Below are positions 1 through 10,376 of a stretch of DNA of 64,000 nucleotides, one piece after another. The notes beneath the pieces were generated by a model, which searched no databases, was not told the origin of the DNA, and saw only the letters and a list, made by a program, of their open reading frames with translations. The stretch comes from a virus. Each line of letters begins with the position of its first letter. Position 1 is the first letter of the stretch. The DNA is taken from positions 53,124 through 117,123 of the IMG/VR virus record IMGVR_UViG_3300005253_000361; one strand, 5' to 3'. Both the position numbers and the translations under genes were made by a program.

Positions 1-1744
1 GGCTGAAGGAGCGGATGATCTGGATGACCTCCATGACCCGGTTGGTCCAGGAGCCGTCAGCCGAGGGAGCGCGGGCGGTCGTCAGGAGGATGCGGTCGCC
101 GATCTTCACCTCAGACATGCCGAGTCCGGTCTCGATCACCCGCACCTCAGTGTCGGGATTGGCCGACACGAACCGGACCCGTTCAGCGAGCTCCACTGCT
201 TGCGCGGCCGTGGTGAGGTAGGTCGTGATGACTCGGTCCTCGGTGCGGCCGTCCAGCTGGACATACCGCGCCTCGTTGTCAGTCCGCTCCCGCGTGAGGA
301 ACCTACGTGACGTCGGGTTCTCCGCGTACCGGACCAGCACCCTAGAGAAGATCGTCTCGATCTTGGTCTCTGGGGCAAATTCCATGATGATGGGGTCGTC
401 CAGCACCGGAGCCCCCACGGGGTAGTAGGGGTACCAGATGGTCGGCTGGATCAGACCCGTGAGACCACGGATCGTCCGCCCCATCACACCCCGCTCGAAG
501 TTGCGGATGTAGGTGCGGGCCGACTGCTCATCCTGGATGTAAGCCGCCTGGGCCCACGGCTGGAACGCGTCCGAGTCGGTCGCGCCAGTCGAGTCGATCT
601 CGGCGTCCAGCAACCCGAGGTAGTTCGTGTAGATCTCGCAGACAATCTCGCCGTAGTACTTCAGGTAGTCAGTCGAGGTCTCCCAGGCCTTACCGCGCGC
701 GGGCTGCCCGGTGGCATCGCACGTAACCACCCCGGGCGTACCACTGTACTGACCCAGGATGGTGAGGCTGCAGCCCGTGAGATCGAGCGTCATGTCGCCG
801 GCGTCGATCTCGACCCCGTCGTCGTAGACCGCGTCAATGGAGTAGAGAGTCTGGTAGGCCGGGTCCGCCACGAGGTACTTACCCTTGTTGTCGGTGGTGT
901 CGACCAGCTTGGGCGTGATGCCGGTCTTGACGCCAAAGAGCAACGGGATCCTGGTCCCCCGGACCTCCTCATCCGTGTTGGGGTAGTTGTCCTCGAAGAT
1001 AGGCGTGACCGGCAGGTTGCGGTACGCCACCTTCTGCTTGTCCCGGACCATCAGCGTCATGGTCTTCATACCGGGCGCGATCGATTCAACGTACAGTTCG
1101 GCAATCTCGGCGTAGTCGCCCCCGCCGCCCGGCGTGTGGGCAAGTGAGTCGCCGCCGAAGTACACCCGGACCTTGGCGTTCTTCCAGGCCCAGGTCGCGG
1201 AGAGCCGGTCGAACATCCCGTCCGCGTTGCTGATCGAGAGCTCGCCCGACGCGACACGCTTGACCGGGCCCCAGAACAGGTCCTCGGTCGACTCGGTTAC
1301 GGACGGCAGCGCCTCAGCGGTCAACCGGGGGTCGTAGATGATGCGGCCGAAGATCCTGGGGTGGGACGCCAGATGGATACGGAAGAAGCTCACCATAGCG
1401 GTATAGAGGTCCGGGTCGACCGAGCCAGTAGTGCTGCAGTAGAGAGTGGAGGTTGAGCCGAGGGACTGCTCGTCGTAGTACCAGGAGCCCGCCGCAGCAT
1501 CGCAGGCCGCGATCGACGCCACCTCGGTCAGATCTACATCGTTCTGCCGGAGCCCAGTCAGCTTCCGGTAGAGGCCGCCCTTCTGGATGTCGGTGCCGAC
1601 GAAGTTCTCGAACGTGATCTCCCACACATTCGTCCGGCCGGCCGTCTTGCTCCAGCCGGCGAGCTTCTGCTTCGGCGTGATCTCGACCAGCACGATCGCC
1701 TCCCGGACCGTCTGGTCGATGAAGTTCTCAAAGGCCTGCGACAA
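1..1744 (-). CDS. Tail tip/hub-type minor tail protein, partial (runs off left edge)
   Basis: Absent from the ORF track. Manual translation from TTG at 1744 (MSQAFENFIDQTVREAIVLVEITPKQK...RIPLLFGV...) stays open to position 2; lies two genes downstream of the tape measure gene. Confidence 0.75.
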   Translation of the reverse strand, partial: MSQAFENFIDQTVREAIVLVEITPKQKLAGWSKTAGRTNVWEITFENFVGTDIQKGGLYRKLTGLRQNDVDLTEVASIAACDAAAGSWYYDEQSLGSTSTLYCSTTGSVDPDLYTAMVSFFRIHLASHPRIFGRIIYDPRLTAEALPSVTESTEDLFWGPVKRVASGELSISNADGMFDRLSATWAWKNAKVRVYFGGDSLAHTPGGGGDYAEIAELYVESIAPGMKTMTLMVRDKQKVAYRNLPVTPIFEDNYPNTDEEVRGTRIPLLFGVKTGITPKLVDTTDNKGKYLVADPAYQTLYSIDAVYDDGVEIDAGDMTLDLTGCSLTILGQYSGTPGVVTCDATGQPARGKAWETSTDYLKYYGEIVCEIYTNYLGLLDAEIDSTGATDSDAFQPWAQAAYIQDEQSARTYIRNFERGVMGRTIRGLTGLIQPTIWYPYYPVGAPVLDDPIIMEFAPETKIETIFSRVLVRYAENPTSRRFLTRERTDNEARYVQLDGRTEDRVITTYLTTAAQAVELAERVRFVSANPDTEVRVIETGLGMSEVKIGDRILLTTARAPSADGSWTNRVMEVIQIIRSFS

Positions 1745-1746
1745 CG

Positions 1747-2520
1747 CTAGCGGGCCTCCCGAAACTTCAGTGGGGCCGTCACGACACCCATGGTGCGGTG
1801 GTTGAACTCCATCAGGGCCAGGCTGCCCAGCATGGTCCAGGAGAATTGGCCGTCCGTGACGTTGTCGAACTGGTCGTTGTCCGGGTCGAGCATCAGGATG
1901 AAGTCGCGCTTGCCCTGCCAGCGGTAGAACCCAGTGAGCTTCGTGAGGTCGAGCTCGTCGCCGATGTTGAACCGGACCTCCCGATACTTCGAGCGCACGT
2001 ATAGGGAGCGCTGACCGTCGTCGCTGAAGACCTCGACCGAGGGGTCGGGCTGCTTGAAGTTGAAGCCCGGGCGGTAGTCGAAGTCGACCTTCGGCCCGAG
2101 GAAGATGTAGCCGATCTGGATGTCGTCGGCGTTACCTGAATCCTCGACCAGGAGACGCCAGTACTGATACGAGAGCGTGGAGGGGACCGCGTAGGCCGCC
2201 ACACCGTAGTCAGAACTGAATGGAATGTCGTCGATCGTGATAGCCGGCGGACTGAATCCAGCATTAGCCGAGCCCACCAGCGTCACGGTCGCGCCCGCGG
2301 TCCAGTTGTGGTCCAGCACTACTAGCTGGTCCACAGGTAGCGCGGACGGCAGGTTGACCTGCATCCACTCAGCTGTTTTGCCGGTGGCCTCCCACACACG
2401 GACGCGCTGCGGGTTCTGGATGTTGTCGTCGGGCAGGGTTACTTGTTGGCTCGAACCCGACACACCGGCGCCAGGCCGGGTGACCCAGTTCACGTAACAG
2501 AACCTCGCAATGTTGGACAT
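1747..2520 (-). CDS. Minor tail protein (distal-tail-like, beta-sandwich N-terminus)
   Basis: 257 aa directly after the tape measure gene; YQYWRLLVED...IQIGYIFLG pattern typical of this tail protein position. Confidence 0.65.
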   Translation of the reverse strand: MSNIARFCYVNWVTRPGAGVSGSSQQVTLPDDNIQNPQRVRVWEATGKTAEWMQVNLPSALPVDQLVVLDHNWTAGATVTLVGSANAGFSPPAITIDDIPFSSDYGVAAYAVPSTLSYQYWRLLVEDSGNADDIQIGYIFLGPKVDFDYRPGFNFKQPDPSVEVFSDDGQRSLYVRSKYREVRFNIGDELDLTKLTGFYRWQGKRDFILMLDPDNDQFDNVTDGQFSWTMLGSLALMEFNHRTMGVVTAPLKFREAR

Positions 2521-2544
2521 CGTCTGTGCCTCCTTGCGGCAAAC

Positions 2545-5500
2545 TTAGTTATACGGGAACACGCCGTCCTGGTGTACCGAAATATCCCCGTTTAGGGTCC
2601 CCTCGCCAACAATCTTCGCCACGACCCCCTGGACCTCTCGGTTGCCGATGAACACCTGGATAGTCGGGCGCACCACCGGAGTCATATCGGAACCGCCCAG
2701 GTTGGCACCACTGAGGGCTTCCGCGACCGCCTTGGCGATCTGGTTGGGTGAGATCGAGGCCGCCATCGAGGCCGCCGGCGCGGTCTGGCTGACATCCCCG
2801 GCGGAAAAGTCGCCGAGCCCGGAGTAGTTTAGCGAGGCCGCCATGGTGGCGCCGGCATCGGTGAAGAAGCCAGTGAGGTTGGCGGCGGTCTCCTGGCCGT
2901 ACTGCCGGAGCAACTTGAACTGTTTGACGGCGCCCTTCCGTACATCCGGGAACACGCTGTTCCCGATCATGTCGTCCTCGTACGCCCCGAAGTATCCACT
3001 CAGCCGTCGAGCAGCTTCTCGCCCGGCATCGTCCATTCCCTGGAAGGTGTCGTCAACATAACGGCCCATGTCGCCCCAGCCGTCCTCCATCTCGTCCCAC
3101 AAGTTGCCGTAGTTGGTCCGGAGGTCATCGTAGGCGCCCTGCCCAGCCTCCGAGATGTCGCGGAACGCATCCTGACCGTTTCGGGAAACGAACCCGAAGC
3201 CGTCCCGGATGTCCTTCAGGACGTTCACAACGTCCTCCATGATGTCGTGCATGTCCCGCTGGGCCTCGGTGATGATCCCGGCCTCTTCCGCCTGGTCAAT
3301 CAACTCCTGAGTAGCATCACTCAACTCGTACCCGTACTGCGCGGCGGTGTCGCGGACCTCAGTCAGGTAACCGGCCATGACGCCGAGCGCCTGGTTGTGG
3401 TCAAAGCCAGCCGCGGTCAACTCCTCATACATGCCGGAGCCCTGCTGGGTCAGCAGTTCGAACGTCTCGAGGTTCATCGCGCCAATGTTGTTGAGGCCCG
3501 CCATGACCTGCGTGAGTCCGCCGAAACCGTCGACGAGCTCGCGGTTGGTCTGCACGAGGCTGCGGAACTGGATCAGCTTGTTGAACGCCGCGTCGCCTTC
3601 GATGCCCAGCAGCTGCTGTCGGCGAACCAGCTCATCGAGACTCGGCGCGATGGCGTCCATCGCCTCAACAACGGAGGAGCCGTTCGCGATCATCTCGTTG
3701 AAGACCGTCAGGGTGATGATACCGAGGCGCTCATACTCAGCCGTCAGATCGCCACCACTCGCGATCAGCACCTCGATCTCCTTCTGGAGCTCATGAATCT
3801 GCTCCGCCTCCTCCTCGGTGAGCTCGCGATTCTCCTCCCGCGCGTCCGCGAGAATCTTCGCGATCGCCTCAGTCTTCTCCAGCCAGAGATCAAACAGAGG
3901 ACCGTGGACCGCCAGCAGCTTCTCCAGGCCTTCAGCCACACCGGCGAGCTCATCGCCGATGAACGCGAGGACGGACGGGATCTCGAGACCACGTTCCCGA
4001 ACCTCCTTGAGGAACCGAATGACGGATGCGTCGCCCGTGATGCCGAGCTCCTTCATCTGCTCCACCAGCAGACCAAAGGCATCGTCCAGAATCTTCGTGG
4101 CCTGGCTAGTCGAGATCACGCCGCTATCTAGATCGTAGAACAGCTGTACCAGCTGACCCGCGTACCGGCTGAAGTTCTCGGTCGTGACCCCGATCTCCTC
4201 CATGACGGCTCCCATGTGGAGCACGCGCGACGCAAATATCCCGATCGACTCAGACGACTTAGCGATCTTCCCTCCCAGCTCCAGCGAGAGAGTGCCCATG
4301 TTGGCGTAGAAAAACACCACGGTCTTGGCCAGCTTCTCGAACTTCTCCTCAGCCGACTCAGTGAAGAAGCCGATGATTGACCCGATGGCCGCACCGACGC
4401 CGGCGATCGCAGCACCGATGGGACCGCCGGTAGCGAACCCGGTCGCGATTGCGGAGCCGATCGCCACGATGGCGCCCTTCCAGCCGGCCGAAGCGGTGGC
4501 GGCGTAACCAGCGACAGCAGAACCGACACCGAGGAAGATCTTGCCCACCATGCCCATGCCCTCTTCGGTGGCCTGCACCATCTCACCATCCTGGCCCACC
4601 ACATCACCCCACGAAACGGACGCCTCAACCGAGACCTGTTCCACCGTACCGCCAGAACCGAGAAGCTTGGTGAACCACCCCTGCACGACGCCGACAAACC
4701 CCTCAGCTTGCTTCTCAGCCGGGCCAAAGAACTTATCCCGCAGAGACAGCAACAGGCCACCGAACGTGTCGACGATCATCTTCTTCGCGAGACCCTTGAA
4801 GAGACGCTCGATGAATTCACCGAACGAGGTGCCGTCAAAAATCATTTGGGCAATCGCGTCCCCCATGCCCTTCGTGATGGAGTCGAAGAAGTTGGTCCAG
4901 AGGTCCTTCCCCTTCTTGGTGCTCTCGGCCATCTCGTCGCGGATCTTCTGCTGCAGGGCCCCGAAGTCCCCACCCATCTCCTCATAGATCCGCTTGATCT
5001 CTTGGAACTCGGCCCCGTAGAGCGAGTTGACGACATCGATCGGCAGCGCAGCCGCGATCAGCTCTTCTCGTCCTTCGACGAGGGTTCCGAGCAGCTCGCC
5101 CACATACAGCCGCTTGAGTGCCGGCGCCCAGTCCTGCACCATAAAATCCTGCACGACGAGGAGGCCGTCCGTGAGACTCTGCTTGATCTGGAACGGAAGA
5201 TCTGTCGACACGAAACCATCACCGAGCTTGTTCAGCTCTTCGCGCACATCCGCCAGCGCATCCACAAACGCTTGCGTTTCCTTTGCGAGAGTGCCGGACT
5301 CGACCAAGTACCGCCCCATGATGCCGAAGAATTCGTCATTGATGTAGTCGCCGTACAGCTTGTGGAACTTCCGAACACGTGCCAACTGGTCCCCGACGAG
5401 CTGTAGGGCCTTCATTTCCGACAGACCCTCCGCGATGTTCTTACGGTAGATCTGCAGGATTGCTTCCTGGACCTCAATATAGGACTCACGATCCGAGATC

Positions 5501-7704
5501 TCCTGGAGCATCTGCTCCCGGAGCTTGACCCGCGCGGCGGCAGCGGCGCGGATCACCTCATTCTCCGACTCGAGAGCCTTAAGCTCAGCCTTGTGCATCA
5601 CATCCAGCAGGACGTACCCATTGGCCCAGACATCGATATTGTCTGCCGCATCGAGGACCGTCTGGGACCAGCCCCAAGTGGTGTCGTCAACTGCCTTGAT
5701 CCCGCCGGCGAGATGCGACAGACCCAACACCATGTCAGCTGCCGCGCCCATCCCCAGCAGGCGCATCTGCATGGAGGCGGCGAACAACTTGAGCGACATG
5801 TTGTGGAGTGCGTCCTCGACAACCTGGAACGCGGGGGCGACCAAGTCGCGCATAATCGTCGCGACCGTGCGCGCGATGTCGATCGTCATGGTCTCGGCGA
5901 ACCACGCAATACTCTCGCCCATCTTCCCGAGGCCCCAAAAGACCATGTCGACGAAGCCATTCCACTCAGGCTCGAAATCCTCCGAGATCGCCCGACCGGC
6001 CGTCTGGGCCATCCAGGTGAAAGCGTGACCAAGGTCGCGGAGCCCCTGCTGCATGATGAACGACTGGTTGTAGGCGTCGCGAAAGGCCCAGATGACCCCG
6101 ATCAAGGTGAAGCCCTTGACGATGGCCCAGAAGGCTCGGAACGCCCACCCGACCTCCAAAACGGTGTTCTTAAACAGACCCAACCAGCTGAGCCCGATCA
6201 TCAGCGAGGGGATGAAGACGTCGAAGAAAGCGACGTAGCCGACCAACACCTGCAAGAGACCCGTCAGAACAGCCTTGACCTCACTGGCGGCAAACTTGAG
6301 CCTATCGAAGTTGACAATCATCCAGTCGATCTTCTCGCTCGCGAGATCGATCCACCGGACGAGCGTGTCCTTCATACTGAAGAACCACAGCAGAGACAGG
6401 TCGGTCACCTTGGAGAAGAAGAGCTTGTACCGGTTCGTCAGTGAGCCCAGAAGGGCCTCATAGGTCGCGACCGACAGATTCCCCTCGACCGAGTTCTTCC
6501 ACCGATCAGAAAACTGCTGGAGCGAATCGATCCCAACCGCCAGACTGGCTCGAAAAGACGTGATGAACTGAGCCACGACCGGGCCGGCGCGGCGCCCAAA
6601 GATAACGGCCGAATCGCCGGCGTCGAAGAACGAGAACGCGAGGGTCCGAAGGATGTCGGGGAGTGGACGCATCAGCGGGTCGAGGTCCCTCACTCGCAAC
6701 CCGAGCTCCAAGATGCGCTTGGCTGCTTCCGTGCTCGGATCCAGCAGGGCCTGGATCATGAACCGGAACGCCCGGCCCGAGATACCGCCCTGCTTGGTCA
6801 CGTCGACAAAACCCGCCACGACCGCCATCATGTCCGAGATCCCAACACCCGCGGCCGCTGCGGCCGGGGCGGAAAACTTCAGGGCATCCTTCAGGCGATC
6901 GATATTGAGCGTGGTGGTGGCGATAGAGAACACGAGACCGTCCGCGATATCGCCCAGGTCCTCGGACGAGAGCCCGAAGGCCTTCATAATCTGGGTCAAG
7001 ATATCGGTTGCGGTCGAGAGGTCTGTCTGGGCCGCAGCGGCGAACGCAGCCGAGGCGGCGATCGCGTCCTGGACTTCCGGCACCGTGAGCCCGACCGACA
7101 CAAGCTCGTACATTGCGGTCGCAAGCTGAGTGGCGGTGAAGACGGTCTCGCGGGCAAGCGTCCTGGCGGTTTCGGTGAGCTGCTCGAAGGCCGGCTGGAT
7201 CACATCCGTCACAGCGGCTGCGGCCACAACCGCCGTACGGAGCATCGCGTCCTCGAAGTCCTTGCCGGTCTGGATCGTGAACCGGATCCCCTCACGGATC
7301 CATCGGAGCGGGGCCAAGACAGCATTCTGAATCGTGGTGGCGAACGTGAACGTGAGCCTGCGGACGAAGACCCCGGAGAAGTTTTGAAGGTCGGACTTCA
7401 TGTGACCCCAGAGGGATCGATAGCTCGAGCCCATCTGCTTCCCGGACTTCTCGGAATTCGACATCGAGACCGCCATCTGACCCAGGCCGGTCTTGGCCGA
7501 CATCCCGATCTTGTCGTAGTTCTTGGAGGCCTGGGAGGCGAACTGGTTCAACGTCGCGAACGGGTTCGCGGCCTTCGTCATGGAGGCGCCCGAGGTGGCG
7601 GCAAACTGCTTGATGCGAGTGGCCGCGACAGCGAGGTCAGCCGCGAAGAGACGCAGATCGGCCCGGAGGGCGATCAGGTACTCTTCACGCGATACGACCG
7701 ACAC
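2545..7704 (-). CDS. Tail tape measure protein (TP901-family core)
   Basis: 1719 aa, Ala/Gly-rich and helical; TP901-type core (ARTLARETVFTATQLATAMYEL...); central hydrophobic segments; position in tail module. Confidence 0.95.
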   Translation of the reverse strand: MSVVSREEYLIALRADLRLFAADLAVAATRIKQFAATSGASMTKAANPFATLNQFASQASKNYDKIGMSAKTGLGQMAVSMSNSEKSGKQMGSSYRSLWGHMKSDLQNFSGVFVRRLTFTFATTIQNAVLAPLRWIREGIRFTIQTGKDFEDAMLRTAVVAAAAVTDVIQPAFEQLTETARTLARETVFTATQLATAMYELVSVGLTVPEVQDAIAASAAFAAAAQTDLSTATDILTQIMKAFGLSSEDLGDIADGLVFSIATTTLNIDRLKDALKFSAPAAAAAGVGISDMMAVVAGFVDVTKQGGISGRAFRFMIQALLDPSTEAAKRILELGLRVRDLDPLMRPLPDILRTLAFSFFDAGDSAVIFGRRAGPVVAQFITSFRASLAVGIDSLQQFSDRWKNSVEGNLSVATYEALLGSLTNRYKLFFSKVTDLSLLWFFSMKDTLVRWIDLASEKIDWMIVNFDRLKFAASEVKAVLTGLLQVLVGYVAFFDVFIPSLMIGLSWLGLFKNTVLEVGWAFRAFWAIVKGFTLIGVIWAFRDAYNQSFIMQQGLRDLGHAFTWMAQTAGRAISEDFEPEWNGFVDMVFWGLGKMGESIAWFAETMTIDIARTVATIMRDLVAPAFQVVEDALHNMSLKLFAASMQMRLLGMGAAADMVLGLSHLAGGIKAVDDTTWGWSQTVLDAADNIDVWANGYVLLDVMHKAELKALESENEVIRAAAAARVKLREQMLQEISDRESYIEVQEAILQIYRKNIAEGLSEMKALQLVGDQLARVRKFHKLYGDYINDEFFGIMGRYLVESGTLAKETQAFVDALADVREELNKLGDGFVSTDLPFQIKQSLTDGLLVVQDFMVQDWAPALKRLYVGELLGTLVEGREELIAAALPIDVVNSLYGAEFQEIKRIYEEMGGDFGALQQKIRDEMAESTKKGKDLWTNFFDSITKGMGDAIAQMIFDGTSFGEFIERLFKGLAKKMIVDTFGGLLLSLRDKFFGPAEKQAEGFVGVVQGWFTKLLGSGGTVEQVSVEASVSWGDVVGQDGEMVQATEEGMGMVGKIFLGVGSAVAGYAATASAGWKGAIVAIGSAIATGFATGGPIGAAIAGVGAAIGSIIGFFTESAEEKFEKLAKTVVFFYANMGTLSLELGGKIAKSSESIGIFASRVLHMGAVMEEIGVTTENFSRYAGQLVQLFYDLDSGVISTSQATKILDDAFGLLVEQMKELGITGDASVIRFLKEVRERGLEIPSVLAFIGDELAGVAEGLEKLLAVHGPLFDLWLEKTEAIAKILADAREENRELTEEEAEQIHELQKEIEVLIASGGDLTAEYERLGIITLTVFNEMIANGSSVVEAMDAIAPSLDELVRRQQLLGIEGDAAFNKLIQFRSLVQTNRELVDGFGGLTQVMAGLNNIGAMNLETFELLTQQGSGMYEELTAAGFDHNQALGVMAGYLTEVRDTAAQYGYELSDATQELIDQAEEAGIITEAQRDMHDIMEDVVNVLKDIRDGFGFVSRNGQDAFRDISEAGQGAYDDLRTNYGNLWDEMEDGWGDMGRYVDDTFQGMDDAGREAARRLSGYFGAYEDDMIGNSVFPDVRKGAVKQFKLLRQYGQETAANLTGFFTDAGATMAASLNYSGLGDFSAGDVSQTAPAASMAASISPNQIAKAVAEALSGANLGGSDMTPVVRPTIQVFIGNREVQGVVAKIVGEGTLNGDISVHQDGVFPYN

Positions 7705-7720
7705 GCTGCATCACTGCTCC

Positions 7721-8269
7721 TTAGATTCGTGTTCCGGAAAATCCCTGGCTGAACAGGGCCCCGAACTTGGGCTTCATTTCCTCGTAAGACCCGCGCAGAA
7801 AATCCCGCTGGATCATGTAGCGGGTCCCGTCGATCACGTAGATCGCGTGGGGCGCCCGGGTGGTGTCGACCCCGACCTTCGCGACAACCGCATAGCCGCT
7901 CCGGATCTTCATCTCGCTGAAGATGGCATCGATCAGCTGCGACGAAACCGTGATGCCCCCACCACGACGCACGTCAAACTGAATGTGGACGTCGAACGGT
8001 CCGTGGGGCCGGGGAGAGCGGTCGGCCCCGGATTCGTCTGCCCTTGTGCGGTAGCCGTAGGGATGGCCCATGCGGGCGAGTTGCTCGAGAGTGTGCTCAT
8101 CGATATGACCAACGTGGGCCCGAATGGCGGCCTCGAGAGCATCGCTGCAGACCAGCAGACCGCCAGTCGCGCGCACCAGAGCCAAAGACCGAAAACGGAT
8201 CTGGATACGGTCCCACTGCGCGGTGTGCTGGAACGGCTGCAGAAAGAAACCATCCTTCCGCCTAGCCAC
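7721..8269 (-). CDS. Neck/tail-completion protein, HK97 gp10-like
   Basis: APHAIYVIDGTRYMIQRDFLR resembles the gp10 YAxxVExGTxxMxxRPFL motif. Confidence 0.6.
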   Translation of the reverse strand: MARRKDGFFLQPFQHTAQWDRIQIRFRSLALVRATGGLLVCSDALEAAIRAHVGHIDEHTLEQLARMGHPYGYRTRADESGADRSPRPHGPFDVHIQFDVRRGGGITVSSQLIDAIFSEMKIRSGYAVVAKVGVDTTRAPHAIYVIDGTRYMIQRDFLRGSYEEMKPKFGALFSQGFSGTRI

Positions 8270-8582
8270 TCACAACAGATCCCGGATGCATCATCTCGAC
8301 CTTTCGTAGGGACTCATCCGAATCCACCACGAGAGCCGTATCGCCCGAACGAGAGCCAGTGGAACTCTTACCGCTCCACGCATCCGATTCCGCCTTCTTC
8401 CGATCGATGATGCGGTCCAGCAGGAGCCGGATCTCATCCATCGACAGGTCGAAGATCTCCGGTACGGTCCAGCCGTACTCGTGCGCCAGAGTGTCGACGA
8501 TCCGACTTACGGGGTGCTCATCCGGCCTGACACTTTGCCCATCAGCGTGAGAAGATCGGCGCCTTCGGCATAGAATAAAGGG
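8262..8582 (-). CDS. Frameshift-extended C-terminal part of tail assembly chaperone (gpGT-like)
   Basis: The -1 frame is open from slippery heptamer CCCTTTA (8576-8582, minus strand) to TAG at 8262; encodes ...TLAHEYGWTVPEIFDLSMDEIRLL..., typical of gpT/GpE' tails. Confidence 0.75.
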   Translation of the reverse strand, partial: PFILCRRRRSSHADGQSVRPDEHPVSRIVDTLAHEYGWTVPEIFDLSMDEIRLLLDRIIDRKKAESDAWSGKSSTGSRSGDTALVVDSDESLRKVEMMHPGSVVSG

Positions 8583-8986
8583 ATCAGGAGGTCCGCCACA
8601 TCGGCAGTCTCGAGGTCCGCCAGATCTTTATCCGTCAGCGACGGATAGGCGAGCCCCAGCAACCGATCCACATATCCCGGGACGATCATCAGAATGTCCT
8701 GCATGATGGGCAGGAAATCCGTGGGCTGGAGTTTCATGAAGTCCAGCTTCTTGAACTCCGGAACATCCCGCACCAACTCACCGAAGGTCTGCAGGATTTT
8801 GGCCTGGAGTTGCCACTTCAACTTCGGAAACGGAATCTTCTTCCCGTTCGAGGCGAGCTCGATCTCATCGGGTGGGACGAAAACGTCCAGTTCGGGTTCG
8901 ACCGGTACTTCTTCCTCGACCGCTACTGCGTCGGGAGCCTCGGTGGGCTCCTCCTTCGTGGGCGTTGCCTTGGGCACCGCGATCAC
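8507..8986 (-). CDS. Tail assembly chaperone (gpG-like)
   Basis: 159-aa acidic helical protein right after the tail tube gene; contains in-frame X XXY YYZ slippery site C CCT TTA. Confidence 0.8.
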   Translation of the reverse strand: MIAVPKATPTKEEPTEAPDAVAVEEEVPVEPELDVFVPPDEIELASNGKKIPFPKLKWQLQAKILQTFGELVRDVPEFKKLDFMKLQPTDFLPIMQDILMIVPGYVDRLLGLAYPSLTDKDLADLETADVADLLIPLFYAEGADLLTLMGKVSGRMSTP

Positions 8987-8997
8987 CTCCAGGTGAT

Positions 8998-9024
8998 AAA
9001 AAAGTAGGACGCATCAGGTGCGTC
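8998..9024 (-). terminator. Intrinsic terminator after major tail gene
   Basis: Minus strand GACGCA-CCTGA-TGCGTC hairpin followed by CTACTTTTTT. Confidence 0.65.
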
Positions 9025-9034
9025 AACCAGGTCC

Positions 9035-9586
9035 TTATTGCTTCTGGATCTGGAAATACCGATTCTTGTCGGCCAGACTGCCACCAGCCCAGTCCGTGCT
9101 CGCCAGGACTGCGTCCCAACGATACGGGAACTTGTGCGAATCCTCGCCGAAACCGAGCGAGACCTCACCGTTGCCGACAGCCTCCCAGATGCGGACATCA
9201 ATCGTGCCGCCCGAGGGAGTCTGATGCTGGATCAGGAGAGCGATCTTTGCAGTGTTCGGGTCGCCTCCGAAGTCCAACTTGCCGGAAACGGAGGTAACTC
9301 CGCAGCCGAGCGCCTGAGAGATTGCATACAGGTCCCATTCGAGACCGCTGCAGGAATAACCGACATCCTGCGACTGATTGAACCTCTTGACCAGCGCACT
9401 GGGGTTGCCCTGACGCACATCGAGAACGGAAGTCCGGATCTCCAACTGAGAGCCGGACTCAACCGCGCCGAGATGAGTCGAGGGGGTGGTGCCTACCGGG
9501 CCGACATAGACCACACCGGGGCCGAACGACAAGTCGTTCTGGGTAATGGTGGGTACGTTGAGTGGTCCAGCCAAGTGACGCCACAC
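9035..9586 (-). CDS. Major tail tube protein
   Basis: About 180 aa, LSFGPGVVYVG...LGAVESG beta-rich pattern; AGGAGG RBS; followed by terminator and chaperone. Confidence 0.8.
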   Translation of the reverse strand: MWRHLAGPLNVPTITQNDLSFGPGVVYVGPVGTTPSTHLGAVESGSQLEIRTSVLDVRQGNPSALVKRFNQSQDVGYSCSGLEWDLYAISQALGCGVTSVSGKLDFGGDPNTAKIALLIQHQTPSGGTIDVRIWEAVGNGEVSLGFGEDSHKFPYRWDAVLASTDWAGGSLADKNRYFQIQKQ

Positions 9587-9696
9587 CTCCTATGGTGCTT
9601 GGGGGTTAAACTACCGAGCCAGTGTAACGATGAAGAATTACCCGGGGCAATGCAACTCTCACCGGGACGTGGATAGCCGTGTAACGGCTCGACACC

Positions 9697-9927
9697 TCAC
9701 GCGCTGTCGACCTCGTTAACGAGCCCACACCGACGACATGTCGTCTTGATCCACTGGGCGCGGCCGACCTCCACATAGAGATCCTTGTACTTGATCCGGG
9801 CCACATCCTTCGCCTTGTTCAGGTAGGCCAGGATGAACTTACACTCATCGCACCTCCATATCTGATCGGCCGGAAGAGCCGGGTTGCTGAATGAGCGCTT
9901 CTGCTCCTGCTTTTGTTGCTCCCTCAA
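9697..9927 (-). CDS. Small zinc-ribbon protein (Mu Com-like)
   Basis: WRCDECKFILA...IKTTCRRCGLVN matches the Com-like RCxxCxxLLA...IKCxRCgxxN layout. Confidence 0.55.
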   Translation of the reverse strand: MREQQKQEQKRSFSNPALPADQIWRCDECKFILAYLNKAKDVARIKYKDLYVEVGRAQWIKTTCRRCGLVNEVDSA

Positions 9928-9944
9928 AGGGATCAGTCATCCTT

Positions 9945-10376
9945 TCAGTCTTGGACAGGCTCCGTGTACTGCACGCTCCATAGAGCCGTCACGGTGTAGT
10001 CCTTCATGGCTTGATCGTAATTCCAGGTGGGGCCGCGCTTCTCGGTGGCGACACCGTAGACGCCGCCCCGGTCGAGCCGCACTCCGTCGATGACGTTGCG
10101 GAACAACCGGTAGCACCACGAGGCCTCCTCGTAATCCTCCTGGCTGAAGCTCCAGACCTGCATACCGGTATTCCGGATACCCAGCTTGGAGTCGCCGCCA
10201 GCACCATAGACCCGGAAACACATCGCCGGCAGCTCCGCATCCCGAAGCTCCGCCGGTTCCGCGACGGTGATCCGGCCCCGCAGCTTTTCCCAGACAGCCG
10301 TGTCGGCTTGAAGCAGGCGCATGATAGCCACGGCCAGCAGCACCTCAGGATCCAGCGGGTTCGTCATGGTGCCCAT
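9945..10376 (-). CDS. Tail terminator/tail completion protein
   Basis: 143 aa upstream of tail tube gene; LxGRI...LPA...QVWSFS pattern. Confidence 0.6.
   Translation of the reverse strand: MGTMTNPLDPEVLLAVAIMRLLQADTAVWEKLRGRITVAEPAELRDAELPAMCFRVYGAGGDSKLGIRNTGMQVWSFSQEDYEEASWCYRLFRNVIDGVRLDRGGVYGVATEKRGPTWNYDQAMKDYTVTALWSVQYTEPVQD

Noticed and set aside
1-2520. Diversity-generating retroelement targeting tail genes
   Set aside because: No reverse transcriptase or TR/VR pair seen in the window.
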